Shown: positions 47,574-56,848 of the stretch, in pieces | How positions within the stretch are numbered: position 1 is the stretch's first letter | Layout: each line of letters opens with the position of its first letter | Source of the DNA: Patescibacteria group bacterium | GTDB taxonomy: Bacteria; Patescibacteriota; Saccharimonadia; Saccharimonadales; 2-12-FULL-41-12 | Direction of reading: 5' to 3' | DNA length: 64,000 nucleotides | Assembly (NCBI GenBank): GCA_038064875.1 | Contig: JBBTSC010000001.1 | Location: 251,004 to 315,003, forward strand | Notes under the pieces: generated by a model | Seen by the model: only the letters and a program-made list of their open reading frames with translations | What the model was told of the DNA's origin: nothing | Database searches by the model: none | Position numbers and translations under genes: made by a program

Positions 47574-47705
47574 TCCCACCTCCTAGTTGTTTACTGTTTG
47601 ATATATTGTGACATACAGCAACACATTTTATCAAGTACCTCCGGGACTTTTTTATTATAGTTTTGGTATAATAGACGTATTATTTAATAGAACTGCGAGG
47701 GAATT

Positions 47706-48719
47706 GTGAGCGATCTATCTACAAAACTGCAAAATGTCGGACTAAATACAAAAATAATTGCGGCCTTGGATGAGAGCCCAGGAACTATTGCCAACAGACT
47801 TACTTCTGTCGGACTCACGCCAAGTGTGGAGTTAGCAGAGAAATATCGTGACGATTTAATTACGGCCGAAGGTATTGAAAATTATGTAGGTGGCATTATC
47901 CTGCATCCTTCAACTGCCAACCAAACAATAGATGGTCAAAACGCTGTTGCTCTGCTTAACTCAAAGGGCGTTGGCACCTTTGTAAAAGTAGACCAAGGAG
48001 TAGAAACAGACCCATCAAACGGATATAACGTGACTAAAGGATTTGATACTTTGGAGCAACAACTAAATGAGGCCAAAGCACTCGGGGCTGTAGGTGCAAA
48101 ATGGAGAAGTTTTATAGCTGTTGCCGACCCAGCTGACCCACTATATCAAGAAAATGTCAAAGCTAACGCTGATGGTTTAGCAAAGTATGCAAAAGCTAAC
48201 CAAGTTTTAGAGCTCATTCCGATTGTTGAGCCAGAAATATCTTTTGCAAAAATGAACCCTGCGCACGCCGGCGGAGTGCACACCATCGAAGAATCTGAGG
48301 CATCAGCACGGTATGTTCTAGCTGAGACTGTGAGTGCTATGCAAAATGAAGGCGTAGACCTATCAGCAATCATTCTAAAGATTGGATTTGTCTTGCCAGG
48401 CAAAGACACAGTCAGTGAAACAACTCCTCTTAACTATGAAGATATTGCAACAAGGACTCTTAGCGTGATCAGAGATGTACTGCCAAAAGATCTTAAAACC
48501 ATCGTTTTCCTCTCTGGAGGTCTCAATATACCAGACGCAACAGGATGTCTAAGGGCAATTAACGAAATTGCAAACGCTGACGACCCAATACTAAGCGCAA
48601 GTTACGGACGTGGCGTCCAAGCTGAGGCGCTTAAAAAGTTTGCTGTAGACGACCACGCAGGCACTCAAAGTGAATTCCTAAGCGCGTCTCAGGCCAATGC
48701 TTCAGTCCTCCGCAAATAA
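47706..48719 (+). CDS. Class I (Schiff-base) fructose-bisphosphate aldolase-like protein
   Basis: IIAALDESPGTIANRL, YRDDLITAEGIENYVGGIILHPST and FVKVDQG parallel the class I FBA motifs (AADESxGTxxKRL, YRxxL, IKVDKG). GTG start with a GAGGG Shine-Dalgarno sequence and TGGTATAAT upstream. Confidence 0.78.
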   Translation: MSDLSTKLQNVGLNTKIIAALDESPGTIANRLTSVGLTPSVELAEKYRDDLITAEGIENYVGGIILHPSTANQTIDGQNAVALLNSKGVGTFVKVDQGVETDPSNGYNVTKGFDTLEQQLNEAKALGAVGAKWRSFIAVADPADPLYQENVKANADGLAKYAKANQVLELIPIVEPEISFAKMNPAHAGGVHTIEESEASARYVLAETVSAMQNEGVDLSAIILKIGFVLPGKDTVSETTPLNYEDIATRTLSVIRDVLPKDLKTIVFLSGGLNIPDATGCLRAINEIANADDPILSASYGRGVQAEALKKFAVDDHAGTQSEFLSASQANASVLRK

Positions 48720-48727
48720 CTAGCTAT

Positions 48728-49633
48728 TTAAGACTTGGCCTTATTAGCTGAGCCGAACATATCTATCTTGTCCTCTACAACTTCTTGTACCGCGCCGATA
48801 ACTTCGTCCATTAGCTTTACAACAGCAAATTCTTTGGGATGCTCTTTTAGAACTTTTTCGAGTGTCTTTCTGTAGGCAATCCTCATATCGGAATTAATAT
48901 TTATCTTGGTTACGCCTATGATGGCAGCGTTTTTGAAATAATGTCCTGGGGTACCGCTACCGCCATGAAGGCTAATATTGCACCCAATAGATGCTCTTAC
49001 CCGGCTCAGGAGCTCAAGGTCTAATATTTTGGGTACTGGATATGAGCCATGCAAATTACCAATAGCAACCGCGAAGGTATCAATACCCGTAGCATCAACA
49101 AATGCTTTCGCTCCTTCGGGTGTAGAGAAAGTATTCTTTATCTCCTCGTAGTCAATTGTTTCTTCATGCACATTAGAACTACCGCCAAAATAATGTGGCT
49201 CACTCTCAACAATGGCGCCAGTTTTTTTAGCATACTCGACTACTTCTTTAGTCTTGGCAATTATCTCTTCTTCTGTGGCCTTTTTGTCCGCTTGAGAAAT
49301 ATCAATATGGATGAATTCATAACCTGCATCTATGGCTTCCTTGCAGGACTCTACGGATGGGCTGTGGTCTAAATTAATATACATTTCAAGCCCAAGCTCT
49401 TGACGATAATTATCAACCATATCTCTAACATTTTCTATGCCAATAGCATCGACTTCACCTTGGCTGACTTCAACTAGTACCGGAGAATTTTTTGCAACGG
49501 CTGCTCTTGCCACTGCTTTTAGGGTGTCTTGGTTATCCAGATTAAACGCTCCTACTGCAAAATGCTCCTTGCGCGCTCTGGCCATAAGGTCTCGTGCCTT
49601 GGCTGTATTCTTTTTTATTTCTTCTATCCCCAC
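48728..49633 (-). CDS. Class II (metal-dependent) fructose/tagatose-bisphosphate aldolase
   Basis: FAVGAFN, NLDHS and LHGGSG motifs of the class II FBA/TBP aldolase family. Confidence 0.88.
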   Translation of the reverse strand: MGIEEIKKNTAKARDLMARARKEHFAVGAFNLDNQDTLKAVARAAVAKNSPVLVEVSQGEVDAIGIENVRDMVDNYRQELGLEMYINLDHSPSVESCKEAIDAGYEFIHIDISQADKKATEEEIIAKTKEVVEYAKKTGAIVESEPHYFGGSSNVHEETIDYEEIKNTFSTPEGAKAFVDATGIDTFAVAIGNLHGSYPVPKILDLELLSRVRASIGCNISLHGGSGTPGHYFKNAAIIGVTKININSDMRIAYRKTLEKVLKEHPKEFAVVKLMDEVIGAVQEVVEDKIDMFGSANKAKS

Positions 49634-49647
49634 CCTTTTATCCTCAG

Positions 49648-50613
49648 CTAATCTACTATCTTATGAACCGATAATTTTATGTGATGAGACGTAAGACCAA
49701 AGTCTTCTAATAATTCTTGAGGTGTGCCAGACTCACCAAACCTATCATGCACCCCCAGTCTTGTTATAGGTGTTGGGTGATTTTCTGCCAACAGCTCTGC
49801 AACAGCACCTCCGAGGCCTCCGGCAACCTGGCCTTCTTCTACAGTTATAACCTTTTTTGTCTTTTTAACACTTTTTAGGATTGTTTCATTGTCGAGCGGT
49901 TTTATAGTCGGCACATGAACAACTTCGACCTCGATACCCTGCTTGAACAACTGTTCGCTAGCTATCAAAGCCTGAGCAGTCATAGTCCCTGTAGATATAA
50001 TAGTCACGTCAGAACCTTCGGAATATACATAGGCTTTACCAATTTCAAATGGTGTTTTGTCTGTTGTAATAATCGGACTGGCTTCACGGGCAAGTCGCAG
50101 ATATGAAGGTCGTCCGTCTTTGGCAAGAGCCATGGTAGCTCTCTCAGCTTCAGGACCATCACAAGGCGCTATCACAACCATGTTTGGCAAAACTCTCATC
50201 AATGCTATGTCCTCTAGCATCTGGTGAGTCGCACCATCTGGTCCGACAGAGATACCAGCGTGTGACCCAACGACATTCACTGGCTGGTTGTTCAGGCATA
50301 TTGTTGTTCGTATTTGCTCCCAGTTACGACCTGGGCTAAACGCTGCATAACTACTGACAAAAGGTATCTTGCCCTGAGCTGCTAGACCAGACCCAACTGT
50401 GACTAAGTTCTGCTCTGCCACACCAATTTCTACAAACCTCTCTGGGAATTCTTTGGCAAACAAGTGCATTTGGGTAGATTCTGTCAGATCGGCACAAGCT
50501 GCCACAACATCATCATCAATCTGTCCGGCTTTTAGAAGTCCACGCCCAAAACCTTTTCTGGTTGGTTCTTTATCAAGTTCTTTAGAGATATCAGCTAAAT
50601 TTAGGTCGCTCAT
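49648..50613 (-). CDS. Transketolase, C-terminal (pyrimidine-binding) subunit
   Basis: 321 aa. Homology to the Pyr and C-terminal transketolase domains (GVAEQNLV, FSPGRNWEQIR). Confidence 0.92.
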   Translation of the reverse strand: MSDLNLADISKELDKEPTRKGFGRGLLKAGQIDDDVVAACADLTESTQMHLFAKEFPERFVEIGVAEQNLVTVGSGLAAQGKIPFVSSYAAFSPGRNWEQIRTTICLNNQPVNVVGSHAGISVGPDGATHQMLEDIALMRVLPNMVVIAPCDGPEAERATMALAKDGRPSYLRLAREASPIITTDKTPFEIGKAYVYSEGSDVTIISTGTMTAQALIASEQLFKQGIEVEVVHVPTIKPLDNETILKSVKKTKKVITVEEGQVAGGLGGAVAELLAENHPTPITRLGVHDRFGESGTPQELLEDFGLTSHHIKLSVHKIVD

Positions 50614-51458
50614 TATTTGTCCGCCTCCTTGAGAGAATCAAGCGCTTTTTCTGCCTCTTCTTTATTTGGCGGTTTACCGTGCCAAGTGTAGTCGCCTTCC
50701 ATGAAATCAACGCCTTTGCCCGGAACAGTATGAGCAATTAACACAGTTGGACGTTCTTTAGATGTCTTGGCGAGGTTAATAGCATCAAGCACTGCTTCCA
50801 TATTATTGCCGTCTATATCTACTGCGTTCCAGCCGAATGCGTCCCACTTTTTCTTCAAATCACCGAGTGGCATCACGTCTTCTGTATTTCCATCTATTTG
50901 GATATTGTTGCGATCAACGATTCCTATAATATTATTCAGGTTATATTTAGGTGCCAACATCGCTGCTTCCCAAATATTACCCTCATTTAGTTCCCCGTCA
51001 CCCATGACAACATAAATATATCGATTTTTCTCTTTGTTCATCCGCATAGCTAGCGCCATCCCACAGGCTTGCGATAAGCCACAACCAAGCGGACCACTTG
51101 TATTTTCAAGTCCTGGCAAAGTATGTCTCTCTGGGTGACCCTGCAGTCTAGACTTATGTTTGCGCAGCGTCATCAGCTCCTTACGATCAAAAAATCCTGC
51201 GTGAGCCATAGTTGCATACTGTACAGGTACACAGTGACCATTACTCAGTAGCAATATGTCTCTGTCGGCAAGTTGGGGGTTTTTCGGGTCATAGTGCATG
51301 ATATCAAAATAAAGAGCGGTGAATATGTCTGATAAGCCAAGTGGCCCTGCACTGTGACCTGATTTAGCTTCTTCAAGCATCTTAATAATATCAACGCGAA
51401 TTTCGTTCGCCTTTTTTTCCAATTGCTCAATAGTAAGTGTTTTTGTTTGCCCTGTCAT
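50613..51458 (-). CDS. Transketolase, N-terminal (TPP-binding) subunit
   Basis: 281 aa with GHSAGPLG and GDGELNEGNIWEA TPP-binding motifs. It overlaps the C-terminal subunit gene by 1 bp. Confidence 0.92.
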   Translation of the reverse strand: MTGQTKTLTIEQLEKKANEIRVDIIKMLEEAKSGHSAGPLGLSDIFTALYFDIMHYDPKNPQLADRDILLLSNGHCVPVQYATMAHAGFFDRKELMTLRKHKSRLQGHPERHTLPGLENTSGPLGCGLSQACGMALAMRMNKEKNRYIYVVMGDGELNEGNIWEAAMLAPKYNLNNIIGIVDRNNIQIDGNTEDVMPLGDLKKKWDAFGWNAVDIDGNNMEAVLDAINLAKTSKERPTVLIAHTVPGKGVDFMEGDYTWHGKPPNKEEAEKALDSLKEADK

Positions 51459-51496
51459 ACTTAATTCAATTATACCAAATAATTATCTACTAATCT

Positions 51497-52144
51497 TTAA
51501 AATTGCAGAGTTTTAACTGCCTTCTCAACTATTTCTGAATTATCTGGATCTCCTTGTAACATGGAGTAGTTAACGATGTACGACTTTCCGTTTTTTTTGA
51601 ATTCATACTTTGTAGTCTTTATTAGGCCTGTACCATTTAGCGTGTCCTCTTGAGAACCCACCGCCTTTTCGCCTTTTTGCCCATTTGATAGAACAAACTC
51701 AGATACAGCGCTTCCAGGAATAGTGTAACTACTGGCCATCTCAAATACTCCTACTGTAAGCCTATGGGGGGCATCACTACCCGGGACTTTATCTGTAGTT
51801 ATCACTGGTGGTTGGCCCTTTTTGTACGTAATATCAACAGGGTCCAATGAGCTTATGAAGCGATCTTGCTCAGGATCATTATTGAGTTTCCAACCATCAG
51901 GAACTCTCATTTTTAATGCTTTTTTCGAAGATATTATTTCTTTCCAACCAAGAGACTCGTCTTTTGGATGTTCTTCCTTCTTGATTGTTTCTTTTTTTGT
52001 TGGTTCTGATGACTGCGACGAATCATTATTTGTGTTTTTGTTAGCATTGTAAACATAAAAACCAGTGAAGCCTATCAGTGTCATGGCTATCACAACGAGC
52101 AAACCCTCAATTATCGTAAAACCATTTTGATTATTATCTTTCAT
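51497..52144 (-). CDS. Type IV pilin / pseudopilin-like protein
   Basis: Prepilin N-terminal cleavage/methylation motif G-FTIIE followed by a hydrophobic helix (GLLVVIAMTLIGF). Confidence 0.75.
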   Translation of the reverse strand: MKDNNQNGFTIIEGLLVVIAMTLIGFTGFYVYNANKNTNNDSSQSSEPTKKETIKKEEHPKDESLGWKEIISSKKALKMRVPDGWKLNNDPEQDRFISSLDPVDITYKKGQPPVITTDKVPGSDAPHRLTVGVFEMASSYTIPGSAVSEFVLSNGQKGEKAVGSQEDTLNGTGLIKTTKYEFKKNGKSYIVNYSMLQGDPDNSEIVEKAVKTLQF

Positions 52145-52174
52145 ACTACCCCACTTTGTAAATTATGCTTATGA

Positions 52175-52816
52175 TTATACCTGTGACTTGTCAATTAAGT
52201 CCATTATTTTGTCGTAGTTGGCCTGTGGATTATCAGCCTTCTGTATGTATCCACCAGCATTTAAGACATCTATCCCGCCGTCTGCCAGTTGTTTTGCGTT
52301 CTGATCGCTTACACCGCCATCCCAACCAATTTCAACTTCAGGATGATGTTCTTTTATCTCTTTAACTTTACTAAGAAGCCCAAGATCTGGCTGACCTCCA
52401 AAGTATCCCAACTTTCCGCCAAACACCAAAATATGATCAAAGCTATGGATAATCTGCTCAACGGAATCAACGGTTGTGTCTGCGAGTATAGCGAGTCCTG
52501 CCTTGATATCAGCCTTGTGAAGCTCGGCTGCAAAATGCATATGATGCACATCTGCCTCCGCATGAATAATTACCATATGGGGTTTTAGCTTAATAAGTTG
52601 CTGTATGTAATCGTGTGGCTTTTGGTACATTAAATGTACGTCTGCCAATATGTCGGCTGGCCACCATACTTTATCTATATCAACTGATTTGCTCGGTGCA
52701 AAAACACCATCCATGAGATCAACTTGGATTCTCTTTGTTACTGAAGTTGCAATTTTGAGCTGAGAATTATATTCCTCTTCTGTGCTTGCCAATACCGTCG
52801 GACATAGTACTGCCAC
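52175..52816 (-). CDS. rpe: Ribulose-phosphate 3-epimerase family protein (divergent)
   Basis: IQVDLMDGVFAP and DVHLM match the RPE metal/substrate motifs (HxDxMDGxFVPN, DxHLM). GTG start with GAGG upstream. Confidence 0.72.
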   Translation of the reverse strand: MAVLCPTVLASTEEEYNSQLKIATSVTKRIQVDLMDGVFAPSKSVDIDKVWWPADILADVHLMYQKPHDYIQQLIKLKPHMVIIHAEADVHHMHFAAELHKADIKAGLAILADTTVDSVEQIIHSFDHILVFGGKLGYFGGQPDLGLLSKVKEIKEHHPEVEIGWDGGVSDQNAKQLADGGIDVLNAGGYIQKADNPQANYDKIMDLIDKSQV

Positions 52817-52819
52817 GAA

Positions 52820-53293
52820 CTAAACCTCATCAATTTTATTAATTCGTCGTTGATGTCTTTCGTCTTCGCTGAAAGGCGTCTCTAGCCAAATCCTAACAGC
52901 CTCTTTGATTTCATCAAATTTTACAAACCTAGCACCTATACTTAGCATATTTGCATTATTGTGTTGGCGGTTAAGCCGTAAAATCTCATATGGGTCTTCT
53001 GATTGATCACTGTGTGCTGTTTGTTTTCCGTAATAAAGGCCACAGCGCACTCCCTTGACACGGTTGGCAACCATCGCTTCACCTTGCCCACTCATGCCAA
53101 AAATAATACCTACTTCGCACTCACCGCTGGCCACTGCTTCAGCACAAGGACGAATAAAATCTGGATAATCATCTGTTGCCACGTACTCTTTGGGACCATA
53201 ATCTACAACTTCGTGCCCTATCTCCTCCAAGAAGGAGACTAGTTGTTTAACTGCTTCGAAACCTGCATGGTCGGTACTAACGGCTATTTTCAT
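52820..53293 (-). CDS. rpiB: Ribose-5-phosphate isomerase B
   Basis: MKIAVSTDHAGFE N-terminus and the RpiB/LacAB fold length. It overlaps the gap stop by 4 bp. Confidence 0.9.
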   Translation of the reverse strand: MKIAVSTDHAGFEAVKQLVSFLEEIGHEVVDYGPKEYVATDDYPDFIRPCAEAVASGECEVGIIFGMSGQGEAMVANRVKGVRCGLYYGKQTAHSDQSEDPYEILRLNRQHNNANMLSIGARFVKFDEIKEAVRIWLETPFSEDERHQRRINKIDEV

Positions 53294-54330
53294 GCTGGTG
53301 ACTCGCCTCGGCCACCCTCTTGTATTAATTTTCCAACATCTGCTACCTGCTCAACAAGCCGGTTACTATAACCCCATTCATTGTCGTACCAGACGACTAC
53401 CTTGCCCAGGTTGCCAGCAACCACGTTTGTCAAAAGCAAATCAACAATGCCTGAATGACTATTGCCGATGTAGTCTCCACTCACCAGTGGCACATCGCTC
53501 GTATCTATAATCCCCTGATAGAAAGGCTCCGAAGCTGCCTTCTTCAAAATCGCGTTTATCTCGTCTTTGTCAGTGTCTCTTTTGAAAACAATTGTCACAT
53601 CGCTGAGTGACACAACAGGGGTTGGTACACGCACACTCATGCCATCAAATTTGCCTTGAAGCTGAGGAACAGTTTTCGCAACCGCGATGGCTGCACCAGT
53701 TGTGGTCGGCACAATATTCTCGGCTGCATTTCGCCCTTCACGTAGGTCTTTCAACGGCGCATCTTGCAAAGCTTGTGAGGCAGTATAGCTGTGAACTGTA
53801 GTAAGCATAGCTTTTTCAATTCCGATTGCTTGGTCAAGGATAGACATAACAGCTGCCACAGAATTTGTAGTACAGCTCGCATTGCTAATAACAGGTGTAG
53901 AAGTCTTTAGTTTTTCTTCATTTGCTCCGTAAACAATGGTGTCAACGCCTTCGCTCTTGCTCGGACCAGAGATAACAACTCGTTTTGCCCCAGCTTTGAT
54001 ATGAAGCTCTGCGTCCTCTTGCTTGGTAAATCGACCAGTACATTCGATTACCACATCGACACCTAGCTGACCCCATGGCAAAGCACTTGGATCTTTCTCT
54101 GCAAGCACCTGGATCTTTTGGCCCTGAACAATTATGTTGCCTTCATCTGATTGAACATCACGTGGATATGTTCCGTAGTTACTGTCATATTTGAGTAAAT
54201 GTGCCAATGTTTTTGTGTCTGTTAAATCATTTATTGCTACAATCTCAAGATCAGTTCTATCAAATGCTATCTTAAAAGCACTTCGCCCAATTCTACCAAA
54301 ACCATTTATTGCAACCTTTGTTTTCGCCAT
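53290..54330 (-). CDS. gap: Glyceraldehyde-3-phosphate dehydrogenase
   Basis: INGFGRIGR, SNASCTTN and WYDNEWGYS. ATG 54330 has an AAGGGTG Shine-Dalgarno sequence at good spacing; the track start is GTG 54336. Confidence 0.96.
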   Translation of the reverse strand: MAKTKVAINGFGRIGRSAFKIAFDRTDLEIVAINDLTDTKTLAHLLKYDSNYGTYPRDVQSDEGNIIVQGQKIQVLAEKDPSALPWGQLGVDVVIECTGRFTKQEDAELHIKAGAKRVVISGPSKSEGVDTIVYGANEEKLKTSTPVISNASCTTNSVAAVMSILDQAIGIEKAMLTTVHSYTASQALQDAPLKDLREGRNAAENIVPTTTGAAIAVAKTVPQLQGKFDGMSVRVPTPVVSLSDVTIVFKRDTDKDEINAILKKAASEPFYQGIIDTSDVPLVSGDYIGNSHSGIVDLLLTNVVAGNLGKVVVWYDNEWGYSNRLVEQVADVGKLIQEGGRGESPA

Positions 54331-54365
54331 GTTCACACCCTTTTGTTAGTTAACTATTAGTGACA

Positions 54366-54932
54366 TTATAAACTATCGTATTCAGGTAGGGCAACTAGCT
54401 CTTCTAAAGAGTTGACCCGGTCAAATACTGGTTTTGCAAACCTAACATACTCGTTTTCATCATCACAAAGTTTTTTCACCTCATCAAAATCCTTGAGTAT
54501 AACTTCTATCTTCTCACCTGGATCTGGCTTCTGCTCTCCACGAGAAGTCAAATTCTGTGCTAGATAATACAGATTGGAATACTCCATACGAGGGATATTG
54601 TTCTGAACATAAATCAGCTTCCAGTCCGCAAAAGCCATTCCTGTCTCTTCCAGTAGCTCCCTTTTTGCGCCAGTCAACCAATCCTCCCCAGGCTCAACTT
54701 TGCCACTAGGAAAAGTAAGGGTCATACCACGATGAGGCTGTTCATCCTTCAAAATAACAATCTTGTTATCAACTATAGCTATAGTCCCAGCTGTATCTTG
54801 ACGTTTGAGCATTTCAAAAGTAGCGGACGACCCATCATAAAGCTCTTGCTCCCATTGATACACATCAAACATCTCACCTTTAAATACTAATTTAGCATTT
54901 TCAGGAATTATATTTTTGTTAGTATTCTTCAT
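54366..54932 (-). CDS. NUDIX hydrolase
   Basis: Nudix box GKVEPGEDWLTGAKRELLEETG. Confidence 0.85.
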   Translation of the reverse strand: MKNTNKNIIPENAKLVFKGEMFDVYQWEQELYDGSSATFEMLKRQDTAGTIAIVDNKIVILKDEQPHRGMTLTFPSGKVEPGEDWLTGAKRELLEETGMAFADWKLIYVQNNIPRMEYSNLYYLAQNLTSRGEQKPDPGEKIEVILKDFDEVKKLCDDENEYVRFAKPVFDRVNSLEELVALPEYDSL

Positions 54933-55679
54933 TTATAAATTATCCGCCAGTGAATTTAATTGATCATGTATAGTTGGTGCACTAGCAACTATACTTCTAT
55001 CTCTCCAGTCATACGTATCTTTACCAAAATTCGTAACCACTCCTCCAGCTTCTCTGATGATTACAGCCCTAGGAACATAGTCCCAAACCTCTCCCATCTC
55101 ACCGTTTGTTATATATCCATCAACCGCTCCTCTGGCAACATCAACTACGAATCCTGACAAATGAACCCTAAACACGCCTTGATCCATTAGCAAGTTAATC
55201 AACTTTCTATTAACGTGGGTTCTTACATACGCTTTTTTTATCGGGCGATCCGATACATGTATGACTTTTCCATCACAATATGCTCCTTTACCGTCTATTG
55301 CAAAATAAAAATTATCTAACGCAAAATTATATACAACGCCAAGCACTGGTTTATCATCAACTATCAGACTTATCATTGTTGAGCAGTAAGGTAGGCCTCT
55401 GATAAAGGCCTGAGTGTCATCTATCGGGTCTACAGTCCAGAAAGTTCCACCTGGCTCGCCACCGTACTCTTCCCCAACTATTTTAATAGATGGGTCTATG
55501 CCCTCAAGCAGATCTCTAATTTCTCGCTCTAACTTTTTATCCATTTCTGTGACAACATCATTATGATGTGACTTTGTCTCATGTGGGATATTTCCATAAA
55601 GGCCCATAACCTCTGTTCTTTTACTACGCAGAAACTTTTCGAGCTTGTCGATTGCTTCTTTATAAAATTTGTCAGACAC
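54933..55679 (-). CDS. Inositol monophosphatase / FBPase-family phosphatase
   Basis: DVVTEMD, VGEE and WTVDPIDDTQAFIRG (a variant of WxxDPIDGT). GTG start overlaps the ppa stop by 1 nt, and its stop abuts the NUDIX start. Confidence 0.83.
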   Translation of the reverse strand: MSDKFYKEAIDKLEKFLRSKRTEVMGLYGNIPHETKSHHNDVVTEMDKKLEREIRDLLEGIDPSIKIVGEEYGGEPGGTFWTVDPIDDTQAFIRGLPYCSTMISLIVDDKPVLGVVYNFALDNFYFAIDGKGAYCDGKVIHVSDRPIKKAYVRTHVNRKLINLLMDQGVFRVHLSGFVVDVARGAVDGYITNGEMGEVWDYVPRAVIIREAGGVVTNFGKDTYDWRDRSIVASAPTIHDQLNSLADNL

Positions 55680-56200
55680 TATTTACTCCAGGCTTGGATG
55701 CATTCTTCTATGATTTTGTGAGCTTCTGTGGCGTCACCCCAACCTTTAGAAATAGTTGAGCCAGGTTTTTTAAGATCCTTGTAGTGAGTGAAGTGATGTT
55801 CTATTTTCTTGAGCAAAGTTGGTGACACATCCGGCAAATCATTTATCTCATTTGCGATGTTGCGATCATCTTCTGGTACGCATAAGATTTTGTGGTCCAT
55901 CTCGCCATCATCTTCAAATTTCATGACACCAATTACCTTGGCTTTTAGATATACGCCCATAGGTATCGCTTCTTCTGCAAGTACTAATGTATCAAGCGCA
56001 TCGCCGTCTTCGTCCAACGTGTTCGGAATAAACCCGTAGTTGCCAGGCTTGGCAAAAATACTTGGTTCAACCCGATCCAAAAAGAAAGCTTTATTTTCTC
56101 TATCATATTCAATCTTTGCTGTTGAGCCTTTGGTAATTTCAATAACAGTGTTGATGATTTTACCTTCTGCGTATGGTTGTAGAAATGCATCGTAGTCCAA
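55679..56200 (-). CDS. ppa: Inorganic pyrophosphatase, family I
   Basis: 173 aa with DGDALDTLVL and the conserved acidic active-site pattern. Confidence 0.93.
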   Translation of the reverse strand: MDYDAFLQPYAEGKIINTVIEITKGSTAKIEYDRENKAFFLDRVEPSIFAKPGNYGFIPNTLDEDGDALDTLVLAEEAIPMGVYLKAKVIGVMKFEDDGEMDHKILCVPEDDRNIANEINDLPDVSPTLLKKIEHHFTHYKDLKKPGSTISKGWGDATEAHKIIEECIQAWSK

Positions 56201-56239
56201 AATATATCCTTTTCGTATTATTTCTTTTGCTTAATTATA

Positions 56240-56800
56240 TCACTTTTCTAGATTGGGAAGAACAAGCCCAAGCAGTACGCCAACACTTCGCCATTCATGC
56301 ATTTCGCCTCGCTCAATTGCCTCTTTAAGTTCTTTGACGCCCATCCAAGTCACTTCTACATCCTCGCCGTGCTCCAATTGTTGCCCTTCAGGGTGCTCCT
56401 CATAATCTTTGACTTCAAAATAATACAAATCCCACTCTACAGTCGCACCAGCTTTTGCCACAGTCAGGAGCTTTAAATCCTTAACGACTAGCCCTGTTTC
56501 CTCAACCGCCTCTTTTTTAGCACCTTTGATAGCTTCTTCTACCATATCGGCGTTCTTATCCAACAATTCATGAAGTTCTGGCAAACTATCAACAACCTTG
56601 CCTCCTGGCAATCGCAAGTCAACCTTACCATTTTCTTGTCTGAATTCACGGGTAATGAGTATTTTTTTATCAGGTGAAATGATTATGAGTCGTGTTCCAG
56701 GTGGCCTACGATATCTTTCAAAAACACGTCCGTCAGGTTGCTTTGTATGCACAACCTCCCCAATTTTTCCATGAAATACTGATTCTTCGTTATTTGCCAT
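56240..56800 (-). CDS. NUDIX hydrolase with an insertion in the Nudix box
   Basis: GGKV...(insert)...AKKEAVEETG. The Nudix box is recognisable but carries an insertion of about 18 aa between the G and the REx2EE part. Confidence 0.78.
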   Translation of the reverse strand: MANNEESVFHGKIGEVVHTKQPDGRVFERYRRPPGTRLIIISPDKKILITREFRQENGKVDLRLPGGKVVDSLPELHELLDKNADMVEEAIKGAKKEAVEETGLVVKDLKLLTVAKAGATVEWDLYYFEVKDYEEHPEGQQLEHGEDVEVTWMGVKELKEAIERGEMHEWRSVGVLLGLVLPNLEK

Positions 56801-56848
56801 GTCTTAAATCAATTATAGAATCAAGCCGTGTCTAATACAAATGTTTGA

